Shown: positions 50,691 through 63,216, counted from the stretch's first letter. The stretch: 64,000 bases of DNA from Gammaproteobacteria bacterium (GCA_965229565.1 OZ245888.1:437160-501159); one strand, 5' to 3'. Notes: a model not told the origin generated them from the sequence alone. Translations and numbers: made by a program.

Positions 50691-50795
50691 TTGCAAGCAT
50701 TTACAATAATTTACTGGACTTTATTGGCGTAATTACAGATTATTGGCTTACAATAGCAACAACAATGATTGAACTGGCAATATAGGGGCTTAGCA

Positions 50796-50948
50796 ATGCT
50801 GTTTTACATCGTTTATGCGTTGTCAGTCGTAGTGCTGATATTACACTTTACCGGCTTCCTCGCGCGCAGGAATATGGACTGGGTTGTTCTGGTTGCAGCT
50901 GTCGCGATCTTCACGGTCAATATTCTCGATTTTCTAAAAATTATCTAG
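50796..50948 (+). CDS. Small two-TM membrane protein (50 aa)
   Basis: AGGGG RBS; MLFYIVYALSVVVLILHFTGFLARRNMDWVVLVAAVAIFTVNILDFLKII. Below the ORF-track cutoff. Confidence 0.65.
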   Translation: MLFYIVYALSVVVLILHFTGFLARRNMDWVVLVAAVAIFTVNILDFLKII

Positions 50949-50975
50949 TCTCCCTACCCAACGCTGCAAGACTCC

Positions 50976-51409
50976 ATGATTGGATTATTGCAACGCGTAA
51001 AAGGCGCATCTGTTTCGATTGGCAACAAGAAGGTTGCCGAAATTGATTCAGGTTTGCTGGTCCTGGTCGGTATTGAACAGCAGGATAGCCAACAGCACGC
51101 GCAACGACTGTTCGAAAAACTTATCCGCTATCGTGTGTTCCCTGACTCTTCCGGTAAAATGAACCTGTCACTTACAGATATTGCCGGAGGCCTGTTACTG
51201 GTACCGCAATTCACGCTCGTAGCCGACACCCGCAAGGGGTTGCGCCCGGGCTTTTCCAACGGCGCCAGCCCCGAACAGGGTAAACAGCTGTTTGAATACC
51301 TGGTTGATCATGCAAGGCAGAACTATAACAACACGGAGAGCGGTGTATTTGGTGCTGACATGCAGGTCAGCCTGGTCAATGATGGGCCTGTTACTTTCTG
51401 GCTGCAGGT

Positions 51410-51413
<4 letters not shown>
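50976..51413 (+). CDS. dtd: D-aminoacyl-tRNA deacylase
   Basis: LLQRV, GKMNLS, VPQFTL, FGADMQVSLVNDGPVTF. Confidence 0.96.
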
Positions 51414-52533
<1,120 letters not shown>

Positions 52534-52564
52534 CTATCACGCGTATTTTAGCAGGGTAGATGCA

Positions 52565-53158
52565 ATGACTAAGCGTAGCGTGAGCGTTAATCGCGACACC
52601 AAAGAAACACAGATTGAGGTTTCAATTAACCTTGATGGCAGTGGCAAATCCGATCTTTCCATAGGCATACCGTTCCTCGAACATATGCTGGACCAGATTG
52701 CACGCCACGGCATGTTTGATCTCACCATCAAGGCCAAGGGTGACCTGGAAATCGACGCGCACCACACCGTTGAAGATGTGGGCATTACACTCGGCCAGGC
52801 CTTGACCAAGGCACTGGGTGATAAAAAGGGGATTCGTCGCTACGCCCATGCCTATGTCCCACTGGATGAAGCCCTGTCACGTGTTGTCATCGACTGTTCC
52901 GGTCGACCCGGACTTGAATATCACGCCGAGTATCCGCGCGCGCGCATTGGCGAATTTGATGTGGACCTGTTCTACGAGTTTTTCCAGGGCCTGGTAAACC
53001 ACGCCATGTTGACGGTGCACATCGACAATATTCGTGGGCGCAACGCACACCATATCGCGGAAACCATCTTCAAGGCATTTGGACGCGCGCTGCGTGTTGC
53101 CGTCGAGATCGACCCGCGCCAGGAAGGCAGTATTCCATCCACGAAGGGATCACTTTAA
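52565..53158 (+). CDS. hisB: Imidazoleglycerol-phosphate dehydratase
   Basis: [32 protein letters not shown]. Confidence 0.97.
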   Translation: MTKRSVSVNRDTKETQIEVSINLDGSGKSDLSIGIPFLEHMLDQIARHGMFDLTIKAKGDLEIDAHHTVEDVGITLGQALTKALGDKKGIRRYAHAYVPLDEALSRVVIDCSGRPGLEYHAEYPRARIGEFDVDLFYEFFQGLVNHAMLTVHIDNIRGRNAHHIAETIFKAFGRALRVAVEIDPRQEGSIPSTKGSL

Positions 53159-53167
53159 GCAGCAATC

Positions 53168-53809
53168 ATGTCCCGCGTCGTTGTTCTCGATTACGGCAGC
53201 AGTAATCTACGTTCGGTCGCCAAGGCACTGGAAACAGTCAGCAACCGTAACGACCAGGTTGTAATCAGTAATGATGCCGCCACCATTCTCGCTGCTGACC
53301 GCGTGGTCTTTCCAGGCCAGGGTGCCATTGGCCAGTGCATGCAGAGCCTGCAGCAACAGGAACTGGATGATGTGATTCGCGAGTGTATCCGGAACAAACC
53401 GTTCCTGGGTATTTGTCTCGGCCTGCAGTCGCTGATGGATCACAGTGACGAGGACGGTGGTATTGCAGGACTGGGCATTATTCCCGGCAAGGTGTTGCGC
53501 TTCGAGTCCAATGTAAAAGATGGTAACGGCGTGTTATTCAAGATCCCGTCGATGGGCTGGAACCAGGTATTTCAGACACAACCACATGTACTCTGGAACG
53601 GCATCGAGGACGGTAGCCGCTTTTACTTTGTGCACAGCTACTACGTTCAGCCCGAGAGTGAATCTGATATCGCCGGAGAAACCGACTATATCTGTCGTTA
53701 TACCTCGGTGGCCGCGCGGGATAACCTGTTTGCCACCCAGTTTCACCCTGAAAAAAGCCAGCACGACGGCCTGGCCTTGTTAAAAAACTTTATTAACTGG
53801 CAGATTTAG
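53168..53809 (+). CDS. hisH: Imidazole glycerol phosphate synthase glutaminase subunit
   Basis: DYGSSNLRSV, FPGQG, LGICLG, YFVHSY, QFHPEKS. Confidence 0.96.
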   Translation: MSRVVVLDYGSSNLRSVAKALETVSNRNDQVVISNDAATILAADRVVFPGQGAIGQCMQSLQQQELDDVIRECIRNKPFLGICLGLQSLMDHSDEDGGIAGLGIIPGKVLRFESNVKDGNGVLFKIPSMGWNQVFQTQPHVLWNGIEDGSRFYFVHSYYVQPESESDIAGETDYICRYTSVAARDNLFATQFHPEKSQHDGLALLKNFINWQI

Positions 53810-55586
53810 GTTTACGTCGGCGATTTTTTCCAGCGGCAGACTTCGGTTTGCGTTTCTTCGTGGACGGCTTTCTGTTCTTGTGATTGTCGGACTTTGGTTT
53901 TTGCGGCATGTCATCATCAAGACGACTGATATTGAGTTGCTGACCACCTACCCGGGTCTTCTGCAGATCACGAAAGATAGCGCGCGGCATTTCCGAAGGC
54001 AGGTCCACGATTGAATAGTGTTCGTTGATGCGCAGGTTTTGAATATACTGGCCCTCAAGCCCAGCCTCGTTGGCAATGGCACCGACAATATTCGCGGCAG
54101 TGATGCCATGTTTAGTGCCTACTTCCAGTCGAAAACGCTCCATATCATCAGCCGGCCTGTCATTGGCCGGTTTACCCTTACCCGGTCTGTCTCTGCCCTG
54201 CCTGTCTTTCCCTGGCCTGTCTTTGCCCTGGTTTCGCGCCGGTTTTTCTGACCTGTGTTGTGGTTTGTCGGCTAGCAGGAAACGCTGTTGTCCCTGCGCC
54301 ATCGCGGCCAATGCGGCAGCAAGATCCAGCGTAGGCACATTCATTTCTTTGCGAAAGTCCTCGATGATCTTTCGAAACAGATCCATGTCCGGACTGGAGA
54401 GTGCTTCACCCATCTGTTGCTTGAAACGCTGGATGCGTTCCCTGTTTATGGTTTCGGTACTTGGCATCTGCATGCGCTCGATGTCTTTGCCGGTCACCTT
54501 TTCTATTGTGCGTAGCAGGTGTTTTTCCCGTTGCGTAACAAACAGGATACTCTCACCGCTACGTCCCGCGCGCCCGGTACGGCCAATACGATGTGTATAG
54601 GCCTCGGGGTCATTGGGTATGTCATAGTTGATTACATGGCTGACTCGCTCGACATCCAGTCCACGCGCTGCCACATCCGTCGCTACCAGGATATCCAGTT
54701 CGCCTTTCTTGAATCGTTTGATCGTGGCCTCACGAATGCGCTGGGTAATATCACCGTTTAATGCACTACAGGCATAACCCCTGGCAGACAGTTTCTCTGT
54801 GAGTTCCAGTGTCTCTATCTTGGTCCTGACAAAAACAATAATGGCATTGAACTGCATGGCTTCCAGCAGGCTGGTCAGGGCGGAGAGCTTGTCGCGGCCG
54901 TTTACAAACAGGTAACGCTGCTGAATTGTTTCAGCAGTAATGCTTTTTGCCTGTACCGTGATCTGCTCCGGGTCGTTCAAATATCTTTTTGAGATCTTTC
55001 TTATCGGGGCCGGCATGGTCGCAGAGAATAATGCGATCTGCCGTTTCGCCGGTAACTGCTCCAGGATCCATTCGACGTCATCGATAAATCCCATGCGCAG
55101 CATTTCATCGGCCTCATCCAGTACCAGGCAACTCAGCGCATTCAGTTTCAAGGTACCACGACGCATATGATCCATGACGCGGCCCGGGGTACCCACGACA
55201 ACATGGGCACCGCGCTTTAACTGGCGCAGTTGAATACCGTATTCCTGGCCACCGTAGATAGGTAAAACGTGAAAGCCTTTCATTTCAGAGGCGTAACGTT
55301 GAAACGCCTCGGCAACCTGTATGGCCAGTTCACGCGTTGGCGCTAGCACGAGTATCTGTGGTGTCTGTATTGATAAATCAATCTTTGAAAGTATTGGCAG
55401 TGCAAATGCTGCCGTTTTGCCAGTACCGGTCTGGGCCTGGCCAATGACATCTCGACCCTGCAGCACATACGGGATGATGGCCGCCTGTATCGACGACGGG
55501 ACTTCATAACCGACTTTTTGTAATGCCTTCAGGACGGGAGCAGATAAGGATAGATCGCTGAATGCGGGTAAAGCAGATGATGACAT
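53793..55586 (-). CDS. deaD: DEAD-box RNA helicase DeaD/CsdA
   Basis: AQTGTGKT, PTRELA, DEADEML, SAT, HRIGRTGRAGR, DbpA-type RNA-binding domain (IVGAIANE), basic tail. Confidence 0.93.
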   Translation of the reverse strand: MSSSALPAFSDLSLSAPVLKALQKVGYEVPSSIQAAIIPYVLQGRDVIGQAQTGTGKTAAFALPILSKIDLSIQTPQILVLAPTRELAIQVAEAFQRYASEMKGFHVLPIYGGQEYGIQLRQLKRGAHVVVGTPGRVMDHMRRGTLKLNALSCLVLDEADEMLRMGFIDDVEWILEQLPAKRQIALFSATMPAPIRKISKRYLNDPEQITVQAKSITAETIQQRYLFVNGRDKLSALTSLLEAMQFNAIIVFVRTKIETLELTEKLSARGYACSALNGDITQRIREATIKRFKKGELDILVATDVAARGLDVERVSHVINYDIPNDPEAYTHRIGRTGRAGRSGESILFVTQREKHLLRTIEKVTGKDIERMQMPSTETINRERIQRFKQQMGEALSSPDMDLFRKIIEDFRKEMNVPTLDLAAALAAMAQGQQRFLLADKPQHRSEKPARNQGKDRPGKDRQGRDRPGKGKPANDRPADDMERFRLEVGTKHGITAANIVGAIANEAGLEGQYIQNLRINEHYSIVDLPSEMPRAIFRDLQKTRVGGQQLNISRLDDDMPQKPKSDNHKNRKPSTKKRKPKSAAGKNRRRKPKSAS

Positions 55587-55656
55587 AGAGATTCCTGTGG
55601 GTAGTTCAATTGGCGCTAATTCCGAATGCTGCCAATCGAATAGCCTGTGGCGCGCG

Positions 55657-55684
55657 AGTATACGCCCCTGTATTAGCGTGACAA
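55657..55684 (-). promoter_or_regulatory. Probable sigma-70 promoter of deaD
   Basis: Minus strand reads TTGTCA-16 nt-TATACT followed by a GC-rich discriminator (CGCGCGCC). Confidence 0.5.
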
Positions 55685-55702
55685 GCTAATTTGGGCCTGG
55701 TC

Positions 55703-56863
55703 TCAGGAAAACCAATGCCGTGTTTTCTGGCAAAATGCCACCAGTCCCAGCATCAGCGGGACCTCGATCAGTACGCCGACCACGGTCGCCAGTGCGGCGC
55801 CCGAAGACAGGCCAAACAGCATCACCGCCGTGGCGATGGCAACCTCGAAGTGATTGGATGCCCCGATCATCGCACTGGGCGCAGCATTCTCGTAGGAAAG
55901 GCCAAGCTGTTTCGCGAGCCAGTAGGTAATAGCGAAGATCAGCAGTGTCTGGATGAAAAGCGGGATCGCAATCCACAAAATCGTCAGCGGATTGGCAATG
56001 ATGACATCGCCCTTGAATGAAAACAGCAATACGAGTGTTAACAATAAGGCGAAGATGGTTACCGGCGTCAACACGTGCAGGAACTTGTCCTTGAACCATT
56101 GTTCACCCTTGTGCGAGATGATCCATTTGCGCGAGTAATAACCTGCTACCAGCGGCAATGCGACATAGATGCTGATCGATAACAACAACGCCTGCCAGGG
56201 CACCGGTAATTGCCCCACACCCAGTAAAAAACCACCGATTAACCCAAACAATACCAACATCACCAGTGAGTTGACCGCCACCATGACCAGGGTATGGCCA
56301 TCATTGCCTTTTGCCAGGTAACCCCAGACCAGTACCATGGCAGTACACGGCGCTATTCCCAGTAGAATGCAGCCCGCCAGGTAGCTGCGCCATAGTGGTA
56401 CGGCCAGCATCTTGATCCCGTCCTGCAACACCACGGTACCGGCGCCGTAACTGGCACCGACTGGCAGGTCCAGTCCAAACGGCAACTTTACATAGTCGAT
56501 AGCGTCAGTGCCGATCAGGGATTTAAATAACACGCCAAGAAACAGGTAGGCGATCAAATACATCGTGAATGGTTTTACAGCCCAGTTGATAACCAGGGTG
56601 AGGGCAACAGGTTTTACATTTTTTCCGGCCTTGACGACAGCGGCAAAATCGATCTTGACCATGATAGGGTACATCATGAAAAACAGGCAAATGGCGATCG
56701 GCACCGACACCACCGGCGCGCCATTGATATTGATGCTCATACCATCGAGCGTTCTTGCAAATCCCGGCGCCAGTTGTCCAAGCAGGATGCCGAACACGAT
56801 ACACAAGCCTACCCATACCGTCAGGTAACGCTCAAAGATACCCATAGTATTTTGTTTACTCAT
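55703..56863 (-). CDS. acr3: Acr3 arsenite efflux transporter
   Basis: [49 protein letters not shown]. Start moved to ATG 56863. Confidence 0.94.
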   Translation of the reverse strand: MSKQNTMGIFERYLTVWVGLCIVFGILLGQLAPGFARTLDGMSININGAPVVSVPIAICLFFMMYPIMVKIDFAAVVKAGKNVKPVALTLVINWAVKPFTMYLIAYLFLGVLFKSLIGTDAIDYVKLPFGLDLPVGASYGAGTVVLQDGIKMLAVPLWRSYLAGCILLGIAPCTAMVLVWGYLAKGNDGHTLVMVAVNSLVMLVLFGLIGGFLLGVGQLPVPWQALLLSISIYVALPLVAGYYSRKWIISHKGEQWFKDKFLHVLTPVTIFALLLTLVLLFSFKGDVIIANPLTILWIAIPLFIQTLLIFAITYWLAKQLGLSYENAAPSAMIGASNHFEVAIATAVMLFGLSSGAALATVVGVLIEVPLMLGLVAFCQKTRHWFS

Positions 56864-56877
56864 AGCCTGGATTCGTC

Positions 56878-57237
56878 TCAGGCACAAACCTGGTTGGCGG
56901 GTCGGTTCGGCATCTTTTTCAGAATTTTCAAGTCCCGCTGGTACTGCGCTTGTTTGCTGCACCCTGCCTGTATTGACTCCAGCAAATCTGCTGCCCAGGC
57001 GGGCAGCTCAGTACTGACGCTGTAATAAATCCATTGACCGGCACGGCGATCATTGACGACGTTTGCGTCACGCAGGGTTGCAAGATGACGGGAGATCTTC
57101 GGCTGACTCAAACCCAGGGCATAGGTCAGTTCACAGACACATAATTCTCCTTGCTGAAGTAATAACAACATACAGCGAAGACGCGTCTGGTCAGATAATA
57201 GCTTCAGTAATATTTCCGGCGACATATCATTCTTCAT
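56878..57237 (-). CDS. arsR: ArsR-family arsenite-responsive repressor
   Basis: ELCVCEL box, [19 protein letters not shown]. Confidence 0.92.
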   Translation of the reverse strand: MKNDMSPEILLKLLSDQTRLRCMLLLLQQGELCVCELTYALGLSQPKISRHLATLRDANVVNDRRAGQWIYYSVSTELPAWAADLLESIQAGCSKQAQYQRDLKILKKMPNRPANQVCA

Positions 57238-57250
57238 AATATATGGTTGG

Positions 57251-57276
57251 ACATATATATGTTAAAACGAATATAT
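57251..57276. promoter_or_regulatory. Candidate ArsR operator
   Basis: Palindrome ACATATATATGT and imperfect inverted repeat ATATATATGTT-aa-AACGAATATAT in the 68-bp divergent arsR/arsC gap. Confidence 0.45.
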
Positions 57277-57305
57277 TATCATGTATTTGAACAATGAGGT
57301 AAACA

Positions 57306-57809
57306 ATGTCTGAAAAAATATTCAATGTCCTGTTTCTATGCACCGGGAATTCGGCACGCAGTATTATGGCCGAGGCCGTACTGCAAAGACTGGGTATGGG
57401 CAGATTCAGGTCATTCAGTGCCGGCAGCATGCCAAAAGGCAAGGTGAATCCTTACGCGATAGAGTTATTGCAGAAAAACAATTTTAAAACTGCCGATTTT
57501 CGCAGTAAAAGCTGGGAAGAATTCAGCGGCGACAATGCACCGGTCCTCGATTTCGTTTTTACCGTCTGTGACAGAGCGGCAAATGAAGTCTGTCCTGTTT
57601 GGCCGGGCCAACCCATGACCGCACACTGGGGTATTGAGGATCCTGATCAACCGGAACTGGATGCAGAGCAACAGCGAAGACTGTTTCGTAATGCTTTCCA
57701 GGAATTGAGTGCACGCATCAGGATATTTACCAGTCTGCCTATCGAGAAACTGGACAAGCTCTCACTACAGAAAGAACTCGACAAGATAGGGAAGGGCCCA
57801 GGGAAATAA
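57306..57809 (+). CDS. arsC: Arsenate reductase (LMW-PTP fold)
   Basis: LFLCTGNSARS, RSKSWEEF, TVCD...CPVWPG, HWGIEDP. Confidence 0.9.
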   Translation: MSEKIFNVLFLCTGNSARSIMAEAVLQRLGMGRFRSFSAGSMPKGKVNPYAIELLQKNNFKTADFRSKSWEEFSGDNAPVLDFVFTVCDRAANEVCPVWPGQPMTAHWGIEDPDQPELDAEQQRRLFRNAFQELSARIRIFTSLPIEKLDKLSLQKELDKIGKGPGK

Positions 57810-57823
57810 ATACTGCCAGGAAT

Positions 57824-59110
57824 CTATTCCTGTTCTCGCGCTACGGCGCGATAACCAATGTCCTTTCGATAAATCATGCCGTCATAGGATATGCCAGCCA
57901 GTGCTTCATAGGCCCTGGCCTGGGCATCGGTAACACTATCACCAAGCGCGGTTACGCATAAGACACGACCACCGGCAGTGACGGTCGCATCATCCTGTTC
58001 TGCCGTGCCGGCATGGAAGACCTTTACACCATCGTCAAACTTGTTATTTAGACCGGAAATCACATCGCCTTTACTGGAACTGGCCGGGTAGCCAGCGGAA
58101 GCAGTGACGACACCCAGTGCGGATCGTTCATCCCATTCGGCCTCGAATTGATCCAGCTCACCCCGTGTCGCAGCCAGGCACAGCGCCACCAGGTCACTTT
58201 GCAGTCGCATCATGATCGGCTGCGTTTCGGGGTCACCAAAGCGACAATTGAACTCCAGCACCTTTGGCTTACCGTCTTTGGTAATCATGACACCGGCGTA
58301 GAGAAAACCCGTATAGGTGCGCTTTTCCTCGGCCATACCCTTGATAGTCGGCATGATCACTTCTTTCATGATGCGGTCGTGCATATCTGCATCAACGACC
58401 GGTGCCGGTGAGTAAGCGCCCATACCACCGGTATTGGGGCCCTGGTCACCTTCATCACGTGCCTTGTGGTCCTGGGAACTTGCCAGCGGTAAAACATGCT
58501 CACCGTCGGCCATGACGATAAAGCTGGCTTCTTCGCCCTCAAGGAATTCCTCGATTACAATACGATGACCTGCCTCACCAAACTTGTTACCGGCCAGCAT
58601 GTCGTGAATAGTTGCGATGGCTTCCTGCTCGTCCTGGGCTATGACCACACCCTTACCCGCTGCGAGACCATCGGCCTTGATAACAACCGGGAATTCCCCG
58701 GACTGTATATACTTAACAGCGGCATCCACCTCTGTGAAGTTCTGGTACTCCGCCGTAGGGATGTCAAAACGTTTTAAAAAGTCCTTGCTGAAAGACTTGG
58801 AACCCTCGAGCACGGCCGCCGCTGAGCGGGGACCAAATATAGCTAGCCCGGCATCCATGAAATGATCGACGATGCCAGCTACCAGCGGCGCCTCGGGGCC
58901 AACGATCGTCAGGTCAATCTTCTCCTTACCGGCGAACTCAAGCAAGGCATCGATGTCTTCCGCGGCTATGGCCACGTTCTCGAGTTTGGGCTCCATCGCG
59001 GTACCGGCATTACCGGGAGCAACATAGACCTTCTCTACCTGCTGACCCTGTGCCGCCTTCCATGCCAGCGCATGTTCACGACCACCACCACCTACAATAA
59101 GCACTTTCAT
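57824..59110 (-). CDS. purD: Phosphoribosylamine--glycine ligase
   Basis: GGGGREHAL, IVGPEAPL, KADGLAAGKGV, QDHK, EFNCRFGDPE. Confidence 0.98.
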   Translation of the reverse strand: MKVLIVGGGGREHALAWKAAQGQQVEKVYVAPGNAGTAMEPKLENVAIAAEDIDALLEFAGKEKIDLTIVGPEAPLVAGIVDHFMDAGLAIFGPRSAAAVLEGSKSFSKDFLKRFDIPTAEYQNFTEVDAAVKYIQSGEFPVVIKADGLAAGKGVVIAQDEQEAIATIHDMLAGNKFGEAGHRIVIEEFLEGEEASFIVMADGEHVLPLASSQDHKARDEGDQGPNTGGMGAYSPAPVVDADMHDRIMKEVIMPTIKGMAEEKRTYTGFLYAGVMITKDGKPKVLEFNCRFGDPETQPIMMRLQSDLVALCLAATRGELDQFEAEWDERSALGVVTASAGYPASSSKGDVISGLNNKFDDGVKVFHAGTAEQDDATVTAGGRVLCVTALGDSVTDAQARAYEALAGISYDGMIYRKDIGYRAVAREQE

Positions 59111-59150
59111 TTTTTACTTTTCAACTCGTTAAAAATTTAAACTATGTTTA

Positions 59151-59274
59151 CTAGCGTTTTAGATTTTTTGTTAATTCGAGGCGCATTTGGGAGCGAGCAA
59201 CGGAGTTTATAAATACATAAATGAGTAGCGCAGCAACAATTGCAACAAAGAAGCAGCAAAAAAATATCCGCTAG
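59151..59274. repeat. ~124-bp palindromic ERIC/RPE-like element, copy 3
   Basis: Ends CTAGCG/CGCTAG; core CGGAG-TTTAT-aaatac-ATAAA-TGAG...CAACAAAG shared with 18874-19001. Includes the purH stop codon. Confidence 0.7.
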
Positions 59275-60833
59275 TGCAAGAAGTGGCGCATATTAGTGAA
59301 GACCATCGCAATACCATGCTCGTCGGCCGCGGCGATCACTTCTTCATCACGCATGGACCCACCCGGCTGTATCACTGCCTTGATGCCCACTGCCGCGGCT
59401 GAATCAATACCATCGCGGAATGGAAAGAAGGCATCCGAGGCCATGACCGAGCCGGCAACCTGCAGGTTTTCATCCCCGGCCTTGATAGCCGCAATCCGGG
59501 CACTGTAGACACGGCTCATCTGGCCGGCACCGATACCGATCGTCTGCGCGTTATGCGCATAGACAATCGCGTTGGACTTGACGTACTTGACCACGTGCCA
59601 GGCAAACAGCATGTCGTTAAATTGTTCTTCAGTCGGAGTCAGCTTGCTGACTACCTTGAGATCCTTTCTTGTTATCAAACCCAGGTCATTATCCTGCACC
59701 AGCAATCCACCGCTGACCCGCTTGAGGTTAAGCTGCTGCAGTTGTGTCTTGCGATAACCCACTTCGAGCAAACGCACGCCGGCTTTCTTTGCTATTACCG
59801 GGATACAGGCCGGGTCGATTTCCGGGGCGATGATGACTTCAACAAATTGCTTATCAATGATTGCCGTTGCCGAATCAACATCGAGTTTTTTATTGAATGC
59901 AATAATGCCACCAAAGGCCGAGGTCGGGTCGGTAGCATAGGCCCGCTCGTAGGCCTCCAGCGGACTGGCGCCCAATGCAACCCCGCATGGGTTGGCATGT
60001 TTTACGATAACGCAGGCCGTCTCCGGGAATGACAACACACATTCCAGTGCAGCATCGGTATCGGCTATGTTGTTATAGGAGAGTTCCTTACCCTGCAACT
60101 GTGTTGCGTTCGCAAGCGTACCGGCTGGCGGCGTTGGCTCTGAGTAAAACGCGGCGGTCTGATGCGGGTTTTCGCCATAGCGCAGTCCCTGCTTTTTTCG
60201 AAACTGTACGGAGTAGGTCAACGGATAATCGAGCGGCTCTTTATCTTCCGTAAGCCCACCCAGGTAATTGGAGACATTGGCATCATAGGCGGCCGTGTGG
60301 GCAAACACCTTTTGTGCCAACCTGAAACGTGTGCCATCGGAGACAACATTGTCGTGTTGTTTCATCTCGTTTAGCACCATCTCGTAATCCTGTGTATCTA
60401 CGATGACCGTTACCGAGGCGTGGTTCTTGGCTGCCGAACGCAGCATGGCAGGCCCGCCAATATCAATATTTTCGATGGCATCATCAAAACTACAATCAGG
60501 CTTGCTTACCGTTTGCTCGAATGGATACAGGTTTACTACCACAAGGTCGATAGCATCAATGCCGTGCTTTTGCATGACGTCATTATCGGTGCCACGACGA
60601 CCGAGCAAACCACCATGAATCACCGGGTGCAATGTCTTCACACGTCCATCCATCATCTCCGGAAAGCCGGTATGATCAGAGACCTCGGTTACCTTGACAT
60701 CGTTATCGGCAAGCAACTTTGCCGTTCCACCCGTAGACAGGATTTCCACGCCAAGCGCCTGCAGGCCCTGGCATAATTCAACGATTCCGGATTTATCCGA
60801 CACACTGACCAGTGCGCGTTTTATCTTGGACAT
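59271..60833 (-). CDS. purH: Bifunctional AICAR formyltransferase/IMP cyclohydrolase
   Basis: [44 protein letters not shown]. Confidence 0.98.
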   Translation of the reverse strand: MSKIKRALVSVSDKSGIVELCQGLQALGVEILSTGGTAKLLADNDVKVTEVSDHTGFPEMMDGRVKTLHPVIHGGLLGRRGTDNDVMQKHGIDAIDLVVVNLYPFEQTVSKPDCSFDDAIENIDIGGPAMLRSAAKNHASVTVIVDTQDYEMVLNEMKQHDNVVSDGTRFRLAQKVFAHTAAYDANVSNYLGGLTEDKEPLDYPLTYSVQFRKKQGLRYGENPHQTAAFYSEPTPPAGTLANATQLQGKELSYNNIADTDAALECVLSFPETACVIVKHANPCGVALGASPLEAYERAYATDPTSAFGGIIAFNKKLDVDSATAIIDKQFVEVIIAPEIDPACIPVIAKKAGVRLLEVGYRKTQLQQLNLKRVSGGLLVQDNDLGLITRKDLKVVSKLTPTEEQFNDMLFAWHVVKYVKSNAIVYAHNAQTIGIGAGQMSRVYSARIAAIKAGDENLQVAGSVMASDAFFPFRDGIDSAAAVGIKAVIQPGGSMRDEEVIAAADEHGIAMVFTNMRHFLH

Positions 60834-60880
60834 AACAACTAGCTTCCTCGGCTGTACAACTGGTAATTTTATTTTAAGAA

Positions 60881-61162
60881 TTAATCGATCTGGTATTTTT
60901 TGAGACGGTTACGCAGGGTAACGCGATTCATACCCAGTATCTTTGCGGCATGGGTAATGTTGCCCCTGCTGTGTTGCATGACGACATCAAAGAATGGTTT
61001 CTCCACCTGTTGCATGAATAACTCGTAGAGAGCGCCGGCTTCATGTCCGTCGAGATCGTCAAAATAGTCTTCCATGGCCTTGCGCACACTGTCGGAGAGA
61101 CATTTCTCTGATGATTCCTTGCGGTCGGAGGGTGTCTGCTTGCGGGTCTTGGCCTTGATCAT
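60881..61162 (-). CDS. fis: Fis DNA-binding protein
   Basis: [12 protein letters not shown]...[24 protein letters not shown]; dusB-fis-purH synteny. Confidence 0.88.
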   Translation of the reverse strand: MIKAKTRKQTPSDRKESSEKCLSDSVRKAMEDYFDDLDGHEAGALYELFMQQVEKPFFDVVMQHSRGNITHAAKILGMNRVTLRNRLKKYQID

Positions 61163-62136
61163 GCAGCCTGCTCCTGCTGCTGCTCAAAAAATGATTGCGT
61201 CATGTCGATTTGCTCTGCCGCTGACTCGACCTGGTTGATGGCGGCACGAAAGGCACCGGCCTCGGCATGTTGCTTACAATACCAACCGATGTGTTTACGG
61301 GCGATACGCACACCCTGGTATTCACCGTAGAAGGTATGCAACTGCCGCAGGTGTCGGGTTAATACCTGGCCCACTTCCTGTAATGAAGGTACAGGCAATC
61401 GATTGCCCGTCTTCAGGTAATGATCAATCTGTTGAAAGATCCAGGGATTGCCCTGCGCAGCGCGACCGATCATGACTCCATCAACATGGTAGGTATCCAT
61501 TATCCACTTCGCCCGCTCCGGCGTCGTGATATCACCATTAGCGATGACAGGAATGTCGACTTGCGCTTTGATGATGCCAGCGGTCTCGTGTTCGGCCTCG
61601 CCCCTGAAGGCACAGGCGCGGGTACGGCCGTGCACGGTCAGGGCCTGGATTCCATTTTGCTCGGCGATTCGAGCAATAGTCAGGGCATTACGATTGTTCC
61701 TGTCCCAGCCTGTCCTTATCTTCAGTGTCACCGGCACGTCAACTGCAGTGACCACGCCATGCAGGATATCTGCAACCAGTCTCTCATCCCTGAGCAGTGC
61801 CGAGCCGGCGGCCACGTTGCAAACCTTTTTGGCCGGGCAACCCATGTTAATGTCGATGATCTGTGCGCCATGCTGCACGTTGAATCTTGCAGCCGCGGCC
61901 ATTTGCTCAGGGTCAGCACCGGCAATCTGTACACTGCGAGGCTCGGGCTCACCGGTGTGACACAAACGTAGTTGTGTTTTACGAGTGTGATATAGCGCGG
62001 GATTGGATGTCACCATTTCCGACACGACAAGACCTGCGCCAAGTTCCCGGCAGAGTTGCCGAAACGGTTGGTCAGTGACGCCTGCCATTGGTGCAAGCAC
62101 CAGGCTGTTTTTTAAGCTATGGGACCCTATATACAT
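61159..62136 (-). CDS. dusB: tRNA-dihydrouridine synthase B
   Basis: LAPMAGVTD, DINMGCPAKKV, KIRTGW, HGRTR, ANGDI. Confidence 0.96.
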   Translation of the reverse strand: MYIGSHSLKNSLVLAPMAGVTDQPFRQLCRELGAGLVVSEMVTSNPALYHTRKTQLRLCHTGEPEPRSVQIAGADPEQMAAAARFNVQHGAQIIDINMGCPAKKVCNVAAGSALLRDERLVADILHGVVTAVDVPVTLKIRTGWDRNNRNALTIARIAEQNGIQALTVHGRTRACAFRGEAEHETAGIIKAQVDIPVIANGDITTPERAKWIMDTYHVDGVMIGRAAQGNPWIFQQIDHYLKTGNRLPVPSLQEVGQVLTRHLRQLHTFYGEYQGVRIARKHIGWYCKQHAEAGAFRAAINQVESAAEQIDMTQSFFEQQQEQAA

Positions 62137-62241
62137 GAGAGCGTTGCGCCTAAGTCAGCGAAACGTGGATAGTTAACCGTATGATAACCGCATACATGGA
62201 CTTGTAAAGCCGCTATATTTTAGGCCGTAAAATCAGCGACT

Positions 62242-63204
62242 TTACAGGAATCGGAACTCGAAGCTGACAGCCTCCTCGGACGACCCCGCCACTTCCAGCA
62301 CAAAGTGAACCGGAGAATCAACCGGCATACCTTCATCAATATCTATGCTGGCATCAAGATAATCGGTGGGTTCAAATTCACGATAACCGATCAGGGCACC
62401 GGCCGTATCGAACAGGGTTAACTGCACCTGTGGATAAGGTTGCCTGATTGATAATTCATTTTGCATGGTGGCATTGACCAGCAAGGTGTCCTGGTAGGTT
62501 GGATGCAACCTGACATCACGATTAACGAGGCTGATTGCCCGGGTATCACGCTCACGTATAACCCTGCAATCAAGTTTTTCACATAGTTGTGTTACATACG
62601 GACGCAGTTCCGGGTAATCGAGCAACAGCCGATCTCGCTGAAACCATGCCAGCTGTAACGCAAACAGTAACAGTACCATTAGCACACCAGCGGACCACCA
62701 GGTATTCATACGTCGACCGGCATCGTCTTCGGTGTCTGCTGTATCAAGCGCCTCGTCATCGAACTCATACCTGATTTCAGGCCGTTTCGCTTTACTGGCC
62801 TCAGCATCGACAATTTTCTGTTGTTTCTCGGCGTCATATTCCTCGTTGTCAACAACGGCAGGATGGTTGCTACCTGTTTCCGGTTGTTCTGCAAGCGTTT
62901 CATCCGGATCTTCAGCGGCGACTGGCTCTGCCGACTCTATTTCCTGCAAAGCCGGCTCGTCTTTCACGGGAGTAACATCATCCTGCTCATGCTGCGGTAT
63001 TTCGAACTGGGGCTCTTCGGGTGATGCCTGTACCCGGTTTGCCATATTGGCCAGTTGTTCCAGTGTTAAGGGTTGGTCATAGAGACGTTCAAGCGCGTTG
63101 AACTGTGACTGGCAGAAACCACAGCGCACCTGTCCCGCCGCAGCCGCGATATGCTCTGCGTACAGGCGAAACTGGCGTAGGCAATCAGGACAAACAGTAA
63201 ACAT
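62242..63204 (-). CDS. Zinc-ribbon plus DUF3426 membrane protein
   Basis: CPDC...VRCGFC zinc ribbon, acidic linker, TM helix, C..LDC and YPQVQLTL; usual position between prmA and dusB. Confidence 0.85.
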   Translation of the reverse strand: MFTVCPDCLRQFRLYAEHIAAAAGQVRCGFCQSQFNALERLYDQPLTLEQLANMANRVQASPEEPQFEIPQHEQDDVTPVKDEPALQEIESAEPVAAEDPDETLAEQPETGSNHPAVVDNEEYDAEKQQKIVDAEASKAKRPEIRYEFDDEALDTADTEDDAGRRMNTWWSAGVLMVLLLFALQLAWFQRDRLLLDYPELRPYVTQLCEKLDCRVIRERDTRAISLVNRDVRLHPTYQDTLLVNATMQNELSIRQPYPQVQLTLFDTAGALIGYREFEPTDYLDASIDIDEGMPVDSPVHFVLEVAGSSEEAVSFEFRFL

Positions 63205-63216
63205 TTCTAGTCATCG

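Noticed and set aside
54171-54235. 15-nt imperfect repeats in deaD (GKDRP/GKDRQ/GRDRP)
   Set aside because: This is an ordinary low-complexity linker of DeaD helicases.
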